Shown piece by piece: positions 11,010-23,330 of a stretch of 64,000 bases of DNA (the stretch's first letter is position 1; each line of letters opens with the position of its first letter). Both the position numbers and the translations under genes were made by a program. The stretch lies in the NCBI RefSeq assembly GCF_009914755.1, contig NC_060932.1; one strand, written 5' to 3'. The notes beneath the pieces were generated by a model. It did no database searches. It had not been told where the DNA came from and saw only the letters and a program-made list of their open reading frames with translations. The stretch comes from the human T2T-CHM13v2.0 reference genome, Homo sapiens.

Positions 11010-12800
11010 CTAATGTGTGGCACTCTTCCTTAACTGGAGTGGGGAGTGATGCATTGACAGGCTACAGTATAACAGATTAGTGAGCCCTAACAGGTACAAA
11101 ACTGTTTCTGGGTACATAGAGCTGTACATTGAGCTCTAAGTGACTCACATGCATTTAACTCCTGTGAGTGGACATTGTACCTGCCCTGTGTGGGTGAGAG
11201 GCCAAAGGAAGCTATGTACAAAGTTTGCGTCCCCCAAAGAGATGAATACAATGTAGATAACAGTTCCTGTCTTAGATCCTTTTATACAACCTAGTAAATA
11301 TAATACTTGGTTAATGCCAAGTGTGTATTCCAAGTTGCCACCTGACCCTATCCCCACAGTTACACGTGTGCACAATGCTCATCCCAGGATTGGGGTGGTG
11401 GCAGGAGTTATCCCCAGTCCCTGTGTCTGAGCTGCTGGCCTCTCAAAGTGACTGTCCTTTCCCCTGACTAGATGCAGAGGCTGGGACTGGGTCAGCAACA
11501 TCTCTTCTTCCAGCAACCTAAGGTAAGAGGCTTGCTTGTAGCTGCTCTACCTAGGCTCGTATTCCTGAAGCCTGTACCTGTTTGTACAGTAGCTCCAGAA
11601 ACCATCTTATGCGGCTCACACAGGATGCGGTTAGGTGGTTATGGGAGTCTTCCACGTTCTTGTCAACTCTTATGGATCTTAGTAATTCTTTCCAGGTTTT
11701 TGAACGACTTTAGCTGTCTTCAACGTGCTACTTGCAGGAGGCAGCAGAGTGTAGCACTTCCTTTAATCATTGTATGTTAAATTCACTTCATAGGCCGTCT
11801 TCTTCCTTGCTCTTGACACCCAGTTGTCTTGAAGTTGACCTGCATGAAGATTACTCACACCTGAAAGTATGTAGATGAAGACAAGTCCCAGTAATTCGAA
11901 CCAGTAGAGACAAAAAATACTAGATCAGAGTTTGTATAGGGGAAGAAATTGGATTATTTAAGATTGTTCTGAAAAGAGTTGTTATGCAGTGGACCTCTGC
12001 TTGGCAGAGACACCATTTGACAGTTCTCAGGGTTTAATTATTAAGGAAGGTGAGGATCTGGATATTCTGATGTTGCTAGGGACATCGTTTTGTGGCTTAA
12101 TATGGTAGGCTAGGTATTAGGTGGGTGCAAAAGTAATTGTGGTTCTTGCCATTGCTCTTAATGGCAAAACCCACAATTACTCTTGTGCCAACCTAATAGA
12201 GCTCTTGAATCAGGAGACTAGGAAGCATGTCTGTCTGCCCTTGAGCCATGGTCTCTCCTCATAGTGGAGACTTGTTTCCATTAGGCAGCTGTGTAGATTA
12301 GGGGGCTGAGGTTTCCAGCCAGGCAAGTGACACTAAGTAGCCCCATATTGTGATTCATCTCAATCCAGGAGCTAGTAAGTCAGCCCTCCAGCCTGTAGAT
12401 TCATAATCACCTCCTTTTGAGAATGAAAGTAGAGGCTCTGGAGTGACTTGAGGGTTAGAGGAATTAAGAAGCCATTCTTCCCTCGGTCAGCTTGCCCTTG
12501 CATAAGGAGGTTATAAACCAGTGGTATACAGAATTGTTCTTTCCTTGTTCTACACCTAGTTAATAACAGGATTGTCTGGTTATTAACCAGAGTGAAAATA
12601 TCACCTGCAATGGGACACTCAATTGACACAGTAAACTGGCATCTTCTAACTAGTGAGTCTGTTAATTTTGATTCACTTTCAACTTGTTCTGTGGGTGTTT
12701 AAAATGTACATTCTGCACTCTGGGTGACTTTTTTTTGCATGTTGATTTATAGTTGTCTTCACATGGAAAACTTGATCAATATTTCTTCATTTCTTTCAGG
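11010..12800 (+). repeat. Macro-repeat module D (contains the exon-like cassette), copy 1
   Basis: Paralogs at 18296-18700 (partial), 24930-25800 and 33840-35880 share GACTCACATGCA, GGCCAAAGGAAGCT, CTCATCCCA and TTCCTGAAGC. Confidence 0.87.
12117..12196. mobile_element. MADE1 miniature inverted-repeat element (Hsmar1-derived; miR-548-type hairpin)
   Basis: 80-bp palindrome TTAGGTGGGTGCAAAAGTAATTGTGGTTCTTGCCATT...AATGGCAAAACCCACAATTACTCTTGTGCCAACCTAA, flanked by TA on both sides. Confidence 0.96.
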
Positions 12801-13120
12801 TAATCTATTTGTATGTCTACTTCACTACTTAGTTTGTATACAATTCACTTTCCCATGTATCCTTCAAATTTTGTCATTTTTGGACATATTCTAAGTACTT
12901 GTATAAGATCTAACTTGAGGTTAATTCCATCCACTGTTTTCATACTGCACATTACAATGGCCTCTCCAAAGTTCAACTTTTTGTCATGTGTTTCCTATTG
13001 GACATCTGAGACATAGTGACAACTGTCTGAACGTACAAGAATTGTATAGCCATGTAACTTTTTCAGCATAGAGAATAGTTACAGTGACTAATATATAACT
13101 GTCTGCATCTTGGTGTAGGT
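12690..13120 (-). mobile_element. Probable old L1M(E) fragment, shared with the paralog at ~35740-35950
   Basis: T-rich sequence with TCTTCACATGGAAAACTTGATCAATATTTCTTC, resembling antisense L1ME ORF1-region sequence. Weak match. Confidence 0.45.
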
Positions 13121-15669
13121 CATGATTGATTTTTGTTGTTCCTTCACCTTGCATGTAGAGGACTGGTCCTAATGCATTTGGGAGAGATTCTCCTAATTAA
13201 ATGGCAGATCCAGGACTAGATGAGCCAAGTATGTATTTTTTAATCTTGGAGGCATTTATCTTGGTCTAGAGCCTGAGTCCCCAGTAAGCAATTCCCTAAT
13301 ACTGGCCTCTTATAATGATCTGATCCAGATTCAAACTAAGACAATCCAAAGAAGCAAAGATGCTTTTTTCTTCCCCTCACCAAGCTTGTGTTGAAACTGC
13401 ACCCTAATGGTAAATGTCCATCTAAATGGCATGCAGCAGAACTCTGGAGTCTGAGCAGCTCATCTGTACTTAGTAACTATGTGGCTATTCGTCCTGTCTG
13501 ACTTCAATTCCTTTTATTCCCTCCAACACAAGGAACATTACCTTTAAGCCTGTTTCCCAAATACAGTACCAGCTTTCTTCCACCCAGGACTTGTCAATGA
13601 GAGAAGCTGGCAGAACACTGTGGATGGTAGCAAGGGGAGAGTCCAAGGTGCTTCATGTCCTCACTGCCTCAGACCTCAGACCTCATTTTGAGTCTGTTCC
13701 ACCTGTCCAGCTTCAGACAGGAGAACTATGGTGTCAGTTTCCAATGGAAAACTCTAACCTTGAGTTCCAAAAACACCAGCTAAGCCAATTGTCTGTTTAG
13801 CCTGGGAGTGGTCACATGTGAGTCCTGTTTTGGAGGGTAGGTGCCATGTTTTGTATCCCTATGACCTCTTGGCCTTTAGTGCCATAGTTACTCCATCTCT
13901 TTAATCAGGACTGAGGAAGCAGTATTCAGCTTCCCTTTACTTGGTCATGTGAAATTATTTTGGAATTCCACAGATTATCCATATGGCAGGGCCACCATCT
14001 GTATGAGATGGAGAATCAAGAAAATGGTTTCTAGTTTAACAATGTTTTTTTTCTGTGAAACTATGGACTATGTTGAATATTTACAAAATATTTTGCTCCA
14101 GTTTTGTAGAGACTCCAATGTTAGCACTACAGTCTCTCATTAGAAAACTTAAGGTTCTAAGCTTGTTTCCCCCCAGACAACTCTAGAGAACTTCCTAATA
14201 CTTGGAAGGCTGTAGGTGACACTTGGTACCATACATACGTTGTAGCCTGTGAGATGGCTTGCCTATCAAATGAAAGGCCCAATGAAGGCTTGAGCTTGGA
14301 TCAAGTTCTGGATTCTTACTGATGATGCAAGAGGTCCTGAAAGCCAGGTAGTGTCACTTCCCAATGTGAATTCCAGGCCTGGTGTTTCTCACTAATGGGA
14401 AATAGACTGAGTTCCCCACTGACCCTTGTCCTTGAGCCTAACTTTGTTCATTAGGACAGTCTAAGATGGGCAGCAATGGGAACAGCAGATGGAAAAGGCT
14501 TTAAGCTCAGTGTGTCCATTCCTGACTGGAAAAGCCTGACTCAGAATACTGTTAAATCACAGTATACTCCCTGTCTGACCACTTGGGATGCTGTGTTCAA
14601 AGAAATGGTCTAGGCCATCTGTTCTCTTACCACTTTGTTACTGAGCTGATAGCCAGTTGTCAATGGTTCCCTCAACCAGCGAACTATTGAGTATGGGGTC
14701 TAGATTCAGGAATCCAAGTTACTGTAATGACTCCCCTGCTCCACCAGCAAGGCAAACCTCAGCATAGAAAGCAGTGTATGCATTTCTTGTAGGTACAGGA
14801 CTAACAAGTGTTATAGACTTCAAAGAACAGGTGTGTAGATGAAGCTGATCTTCCAATTTGTTTTAATTAGAAATGAAGTTGCTCATACAAACTAAAAGTT
14901 GGAAACATTCTAGTGGCTCATGTGGCAGCATGGGTGTGAGAAGCTATCTTGTACCATGGGAACTGGCATTCCTGAATCAAGGACCAGAGACAGTTTCCTT
15001 TACATATTTCATCATTATGCAGGGTCTTGGGACCTTCAATAGCCTCGGATTTGGTAGGGAAGGGGTTTTGAGGATGAAGCCTCTCTGCAAGGCTGGTTGT
15101 AAAAAGGAATGGGCCAGGGTCCCTCTGGGGACACATTCCTGCTGAGAAGCACCAGTGCAAGATCAATGAATCAATGACTTGGTACTGTCCTGGACTTTCC
15201 GCTTTACCCTTGTTCACTTGAAGGTAGAGTTCATAGATACAAGGTGGCTATTAGTGACTAGGAAGGGTAAAAATGTGTGAGTATGTCAGATCAAGACAGT
15301 ACTGCTGGGAATGAAGCACCTGTCTGCTATTGAAATATAGAATGTGTCCCCAGAGGAACCCCAACCCCATTCCTTTAGCAGCATAGCTAAAATTTACCAA
15401 CTAATCAGATTTAACCACTCTAGGTATACCCCTAGTTGATACTTGGCTCAGCAAGCACTGAATCTGCCATTCTTTTTTTTTTTTTTTTTTTTTCCCATCT
15501 TCAGGGTATATCCATCACTGGCTAAAGTCAGAAAACCTAGCAGGCAATTCCCTAATCCTGTGGAAGACTCTAGGTAACATTACCATATGGTTTTTCTGCA
15601 AAAATGTTTTCATAATTCAACAGCAGACAGGTACTTCACATGACAGACAGGTGTATTCTACATGGAGAT

Positions 15670-17285
15670 GTGTCACTAGGATTTAGCGCTGGCCTTAAGC
15701 ATGGAAGTGAGGACTTAAACAAAAACAAAAAAACTGGATGTTCCTTGGAACCACTTCAAAGCTGAACGTTGCCCTGGGAGATTCTCCATAACCATTGCTT
15801 GTCTTTGCACTTATTTCCCTCTGTGCCTGAATATTGACAGCTACTCTGTTACCTTATTAGTGGGTTGCTGGGCCTGCAGGCTGCCCGCAGCTGCTCAGGT
15901 GTGAAGCTGTTCTGCTTCAGTCAGCAAGCTGAAGTCGGTGCCCGAGCATGACTCTTAAATCGATGCCTGCTTGGAGCTATGTTGTCCAGAGAGAACAAGT
16001 TTCCACCAGAATGCCACTACCTAGGCCAAATGACCATTATGTACCTTCCCACTGACTACTATGAATAAAATGGCCACTGTAGGAGACAGATTCTCACACT
16101 GGATGGGGCTTGCTGTGGAGATATAACCTAAAATTGATCCTTTTCTTCCTTGGATACCCTAATCTTTGTGGAATCCTCAGTGGAGACTGAAATATCACTG
16201 TCATTTACCTACTCCTTGAAATGTAGGAGGATTTTTTGCAAGGAAGCCTTATGGTATGTTCTCAACATTAAACTGTTGAAAACAAGAGTCAACAGATCTG
16301 GGGATAGCACCTAGTAGTTGTTGGTCTACCTGAGGTTAAATACAAGGTGACCTGTGGCTGTAGACATTGGGTGCTAATACCAAAGCCAAGAAGAAATGTT
16401 CAGTTGACCCTACCACAGACACAGCATTTCTCTGAAGTTGTGTACACACATGTGCATGTAGGGAGATCTCAAGGCAAAAGTAACAATCTAGGAATAAGTA
16501 GCCTCTGATCCTAGGAGGTCTGGTTCTTAGAGAAAAAATTTCTATGGCAAATCCCTCCCTTTCATTCTAGAAATAGCAGATGATGCTTTCCTCTTAGTCA
16601 AGCTGTATGAGGATTCCACTTCCCTGGTTCTCATGGGAGTCTCATGTGTGAATTGGGCTCTAGAAACCTTCTGGACTTCAGGTCTCTTCATCCTCTAGCA
16701 TGACCTTCTTGGTACTAGCATGCTTTTTTCCCTTGAACTGTCAATTGTTTGGGGGATATCTAAGCATGGGACCAGGACTATGGGAGAGCCAGAGGGGTTA
16801 CAGGAGGGCCTCTGTTATATATGCAAACAGACTGATCATTCTGACCTCAATGTCACAGGATCCTGGGTGCTATGGAAGGTTAAATCTATGCCCTCAATGA
16901 ATGAGGGCTAAGGGTTCTGAATATTGTCTCTTCAAAGTTTCTCAGCATATGGTTTGACCCAGACCACCTTCAAAAGCTAGAAACAAGTTATTTTGTTTGG
17001 AGGAATGGTCCTAGGACTCCCCATCCCCCACTTAACGCAACTTTTGTTAGGTCATAAAGATTTCCGTAGCTTTGAGTTGTATCAGAAGTGAGCCTTGGGC
17101 AGGAAAATGTTTGAAGGGCTGGAAGCTATAAAGCCGGATAACTTTCTTACCCCTTTATTTTTCTCTGGGAACAGTCAACTGAATTTGGGTGGGAAATGGG
17201 CCTGTTGGAGAGGCATGAGTCCAATCAGGTGATGAATCAGCCGAGTTGAGACTGAAGTTTCCCTTGGGCTGGACTTCCACCAAAT
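15670..17285 (+). repeat. Macro-repeat modules G-H-I, one copy
   Basis: Paralogs at 26570-28400 (G-H-I), 23200-23945 (H), 42760-43830 (H-I) and 8872-9270 (I) share CTCTGATCCTAG, TAGAAATAG, TGTGTGAATT...TCTAGA and ATGCCC...TGAA. Confidence 0.85.
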
Positions 17286-20200
17286 CTACAGAGTCACCCT
17301 AACTATTATAACTACAAATAGTCACCAAGGTCCTTATCACTGGTAGGTGTAAAATTGGTTCTACAGGCTCTGCAATCAACTGGTAGTGTGCATGAGCCCC
17401 ATGTCACATGTTTCCCTGAACCTTCCACTCCTATCTCCATTGACTTCACACATACAGCATCCAGGCACACACTATGGCTAAGGACAGGTGACTGGCATTG
17501 ACGGTGATGTTTTAACCTATTCTTTCTTTTCTCATCTTGGACTGAGTGCTAGAACTTGCCCTGTGGAGAAGCCTGAGATTTGCATCTAGTTTCATTTTCA
17601 GAGCTATTACATGTTACATATACTAGAAATGTGTTTTTTCATATGAGCCCTAGTTTTGTTGGAGGATTGAATAAATGTTTTTTCCTAACCTAGGACCTAG
17701 TTAACCACATTATAAAAGTGACGGGAAGAGAAGACAGGATTCAAGGAGGGTCTAACAGGCTGGATTTTTTTCCCCCTTTTCATAAATGGAAGGGCTTTGA
17801 ACCACCCACCCAATGTTTGATCTGCTGGAGATAAATTCTCCTGTTCTAATTTCTAGGGGAGGAACAATCTGATTGGATGGAGCTCAGATACCCATGAGGA
17901 ATTTGAAAGTCTTGGCTGGTTTCAGGTACTCCCTTCTGTGATGTGTGGGCCATATCATGGCCAGCTTTAGCCCCTGAGTAGTCCAGAAAGGCAGCCAGGC
18001 TGTTCTCCATGCTGTCCTCCATGCTGTCTCATGTTTGTTTCTTGTTCGTTTCCTGTTATCTGTGTTAGAGGAAGTATGACACAGGCAGAAAACCTGTTCC
18101 TTCTGAAACAATTCTATGTCAGGAGGAAAATGTTTGTTTATAGACATGAGTAGAAGGTGCTTTCAATTAGTTTTATGTGGGTAAGGTTCACATAAGTAGA
18201 AACTACCAGATGTATAGAACCTGGTTTCTTTCTAAACACTCAGAGCAGGTACACCAGAAAGAGACTGCATCACAAACTGAGATTCTGGTCTTACAGGGGT
18301 GGTACGTTAACGGGCAGATCTGGTTGCCTATTTGGATAGAACTTACAGGATTAATGACACATGGAGCCCAGAGCTTCTGTTTTAACACGACCCGCATGCA
18401 CTAGTCTCTTGTCTAGGGCCACTGTCCATTCCTTGTGTGAGAGGCCAAATGGAGCTGTGTACTTGGAAAGCTGCTGAATCCCCCAGTGAGATGAAGATAT
18501 TGCAGATAAAGGATTTCCTGGTCTGGATCCTCTTCATGAAACTAAGTAAATGTAGCATTTGGTTCAAGCCTATCTTTGTTTTGAGTTGGCATATCTGACC
18601 CATTCATCACAGTTGTGCTGGTGTAAAATCCTCATCCAAGATGTGCATTGGTGTTAGTAGCTCCCCTGTTGCCTGTGTGACTGCCCTACTTGCCTGAGAC
18701 AGAGAAAGACAGAGCTCAATGTAGATGTCCAACATGAGCCTTCCACTTTTACATCCCTTCAGATGCTTTCACAATCCCTGAAGCCTTTCACTGCCTGTTG
18801 AAGGGACTTCTGTAGCTGGAACAGTTCTTGGAGAACACCAGGAGTCCTGATGCTAAAGAAACAGAACCTGGACCCAGCTGCAGCTTTGGGTGACAATGCA
18901 GCAGCTTAACTGCATGCTTGCTTCTCAAAGTGACCTAAGGAAACTTCCAGCTTTCCAAGCTGGAGGTACTTGGGCCCTGGCAGCAGATGACTAACCAGGA
19001 CTATGGCTCTACTTCACAAGTACAATAGGAGAGGGGACCAGGGGTTTGGAAAGGTCTGAAGTCTGTTTTCTTCCCAGGCATTCCTGAGATTCCAGGCTGT
19101 TGTGTCGAGCCACAGGGTTGGCATAACTGGGCTGAATTAGGAATAGTACTTGAGAAAGATTTCCATGTTGAGAAATTGAACATTCTACCAAGACTTTGTC
19201 ACTGTGCAGATGATCCAAAGCCTTATCAAACTCAGCCCTATGGGATCTGGAGAAGTCTGCTTTTTGAGTTACTCAGCTTGAGGCAGTCTGATTTTTTTTT
19301 TTCCCTAGAGTTTCTTCCAAGTGCTTCCAGACTACAAAATTTCTACTTTTTAGTTGTATGAAACCATCAAACTTGGACTCCTTATTGCAAAAATTCCTCC
19401 AAATGCTGCTTTTGTGTTCCTGCAATCTCTTCATCCCTTCCAGGTCAATATAATCAATGGTCTAACTGCCTCTTTGTATGGACTGAACTGAGCAAGGTTG
19501 AAATCTGAGGTCAGCCTGTCTAGTTGTATTAATGACCTGACCTAGGAGATGGCTATCTTCCAGAATTTTGGAGATATGATTAATAAAAATTTCATGTATT
19601 TAAGATGTACAAGGGTAATATAGGCATACAATGTGAAATAGTTACCACAATCAAGCTCATTAACATACCTCCCTCATGCAGTTCCATCTGAGTATACTTG
19701 AGGCCTCTTAGCTAATTAGTTAATAACTATAATTGAAGTCACCATGCTGCATATGTGACCTCTAGAACTTATCTAAAAATTGAATATTTGCACACTTTGA
19801 CCAATATCTCTTCTCTCCTACCACCTCAGCCCCTGGTAATCAATAGTCTATTACTAAGACTATTTTAATTCCCTACATAAGAGATCATGCAGTTTTATCT
19901 TACTGCGCTTGGCTTATATCACCTGGTATAATATCTTCCAGGTTCAGCCATATTGCAAATGGCAGGATTTCTTAAAGTGGAATAATATCCTTTTGTGTAT
20001 GTACCACTTTTCTTCATGTTGGCCGGAACTTAGGTCGCTTCCATATTAGCTATTATGAATAAGGCTGCAATGAACATGGAATACAGATATTTCAAGACAA
20101 TTGTATTTCCTTAGTTACACACCCAGAAGTGGGATTGTTGGATCACATGGCAGTTTTGTTTCTAATTTTGGGGAGACCTCCGTATTGTCTGCCATAATAG

Positions 20201-20703
20201 CTGTGCCAATTTCCATTCCCACCAACAATGTATGAGTTTGTTCTTCTACTGCTTGAAGTTATTTCATCTTTTTGATCATAGCCATTCTATCAGGTGTGAG
20301 GTGACATCTCATTGTGACTTTTGTTTGCATTTCCCTGATTAGTGAAGTTGAGCATCATTTCATGTAACGTATTCACCATTTGTAGGTTTTCCTTGGAAAA
20401 ATACCTATTCAGGTCCTTTGCTCTTTTTATGGAGTTTTTTTTTTTTTTTTTTTTTTTTGCCATTGAGTCATGAATTCTTTAAATATTTTTGGAAATTAAC
20501 CCTTTATTGGACATATTGCTCAAGTATTCTTTCCTGTTGAGTGACTTGTCATTTTGCTGGTCATTTCCTTTGCTATAAAGCAGATTTTTGGTTTGTATTC
20601 CTTGTCTATTTTTGTGTTGTCTATACTTTTGATGTAAAATCAAAATCCTTGCTAAGATTAATGTTAAGATTTTCCCATGTTTTCTTAAGAATTTTATAGT
20701 TTA

Positions 20704-21019
<316 letters not shown>

Positions 21020-21149
21020 TCATTTTGATTTTTTTTCTGTGCATGTTGCAAGAGAAGAGCCCAATTTTCTTATTTTGCATGTGAATGCCCAGGTTTCCCA
21101 ATACCATTTATTGATGATTCTGCCCTTTCCCCTTTGTGTATTTTTGTTC

Positions 21150-21268
21150 TACAGATTAGGGGATGGGATTCTCACTATGTTGCACAGGGTAGAATCAAAC
21201 TAGCCCCAAGCAATCCTCCTGCCTTAGCCTCTCAAGTAGCTGGGACTACAGGTGCTTGTCACTGTGCC
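21150..21268 (-). mobile_element. FLAM / Alu monomer
   Basis: TCTCACTATGTTGC...CAAGCAATCCTCCTGCCTTAGCCTCTCAAGTAGCTGGGACTACAGG. Confidence 0.85.
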
Positions 21269-22439
21269 ATTCTTCATGTTTTTGTTGCCCTTATGGAAAA
21301 CTTGAGTTCATTTCTAGGTTCTTTATTCTGTTTCATTGGCCTATATGCTATTTTTACTGCTGATAGGATATTGTCTTATTCCTATGGCTTTGTGGTATAG
21401 TTTGAAGTTAGAAAGTGTGATCACTTCAACTTTTTCTTAATATTGCCTTAGCTATTTGGAGTCTTCTGTGAATCCATGTAAACTTCAAGATATTTCCATT
21501 TCTGTGAAATATCATTGGGATTTTGATAAGGACTGCAATGACCCTTTAGATTGTTCTTGGTAGTATGGACATTTGGACAATACTAAATCTAAAAATTCAA
21601 GGAGATATAAGTGTTTTGACCAGTTAGTTTCTGAAATCATTAAGCCAAATGTCTTTATTACTGATAACTCTGAAACACAACAAGGAGAATTGCTGAGCTC
21701 CCCTGACTCATGGGCTTACCTGTGCTGAATCCATGCTGAAGATAATGCAGACTATGGTGGAAAGGGCATGATTCAGCATCAGGGAGACCTGTCACTTACG
21801 GCTGTGTTGCCTAGAACAAAATTCTTAATCCATCAGAATCTGCCATTTCATTTGCCAAAAAAAAAAAAAGATTGTAGTCTTCATGATGCTGTGAATATCA
21901 AAAGATGCTTCATGTGGCATGTTTAATCAGGAATAGAGTAAACATTCAATAAATAGAAGCTATTTTGCTATTAAACACAATTCTTTTCAGCTGTCTTTGG
22001 CAAAGATTTGCATTCCTAATCATGAGAATTTGTTCTTTTCATGAAATTAAAACATTGCCATATCTGTATAGAGATTTATAATCTTACTAAATTCGGCCTT
22101 ACCTTTGCATTTGATTTGTCAGCCAGTAAGGTTTATGGAACATAGCCTTCTATGTCATGGGCTATGTGCCAGGTACTCTACATATTCAACTTTATATACT
22201 CTAATACTCATTTCATCCAGGTAGGCATCAGAATCATGTTTTTTTTTTTTTTTCAGATGAGGGTCATGAGATTCAGGAAAACAAAATAAACATGGCTGTT
22301 AGACATTTGGTGAGTCACAATCTGAACCAAAGTCTCTGATACCTTGTTTTTTCCACTTACACTAGTTGTGAAAATGATGCTGCTGATCCAGCAAATTAAG
22401 TTGTTTAGGATGCAAACCTTTTGGGGGAAGTAGGCCGGG

Positions 22440-23330
22440 CTAAGTCTGACTTTAAGAGTACCCCAAATCACTTTCTCAGGGTCATTCATTTTGTTAATGG
22501 TGTTTGAACTCCTGTAAACCGAGGACTTAAACTCTTACGTGATTTTTCCTTTAAGGATTTTATACTTCATAGGTCCAACAAGCAGGTTTACTGAACAATC
22601 ATAATTGCATATCTTTCCAATGAAGGCTTTATTAAGGTGCATTGACACTTAGGAAAGCCTTATCAGGTAAGGTGATGCTTGAGTTAAAATCTAAAAGACG
22701 AGAAGCTTCCCAATTGAACACTTCAAGTAAAGGATTTATATGAAGTGAGAAGAACATGTGCAGATGTTCAGAGGACTAGAAGAAAAAGACATCTGATTGG
22801 AGGGTTGCATGGCCAGCAGACTATTCACAACTGCTCAGGTGGGAGCTGTCCTCCTCTAGTCAGCAAGATAAAGCTGATACCAGGCCAGGCACAGTGGCTC
22901 ACGCCTATAATCTCAGCACTTTGGGAGGCTGAGGCAGGCAGAATGCCTGAGCTCAGGAGTTTGAGACCAGCCTGGGCAACATGGTGAAACCCCATCTCTA
23001 CTTAAAAAAAGCCAGGCATGGCAGCGTGTACCTGTAGTCCCAGCTACTTGGGAGGCTGAGGCAAGCAGAATTGCTTGAACCAGGGAGGCAGAGGTTGCAG
23101 TGAGCTGAGATTGTGCTATTGGACTCCAGCCTGAGTAACAGAGCAAGACTGTGTCCAAAAAAAAAAAAAAACATTGATGCCCAGGTATGACTGAGTTAAT
23201 CTGTTGGGAGCTGTATTGTCCATAGAGAACAGGGGTCTCCATAAAATTACCTAGAACCAAACAGCGTTGCAATGCCCACTGAAGTCTATAAATGGAGAGG
23301 TCACTGTTAGAGACTGTGACCTCCATACTG
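22440..23330 (+). repeat. Macro-repeat module F (L2-tail-like sequence), one copy
   Basis: Paralogs at 30880-31400 and 46500-47070 share TGCAAACCTTTGG..AAGTAGGC, TCATTCAT, ATGTGCARAT.TT.AG and CATCTGA..GGAG. Confidence 0.8.
22883..23171 (+). mobile_element. AluS inserted in module F
   Basis: Full dimer with poly(A). The site AAAGCTGACACCCA is empty in the paralog at ~31291. Confidence 0.96.

Noticed and set aside
15728-15770. SNORD116-like words (TTCCTTGGAA...AAGCTGAAC)
   Set aside because: No C box/D box pair or terminal stem, and the words are not conserved in the paralog at ~26630.
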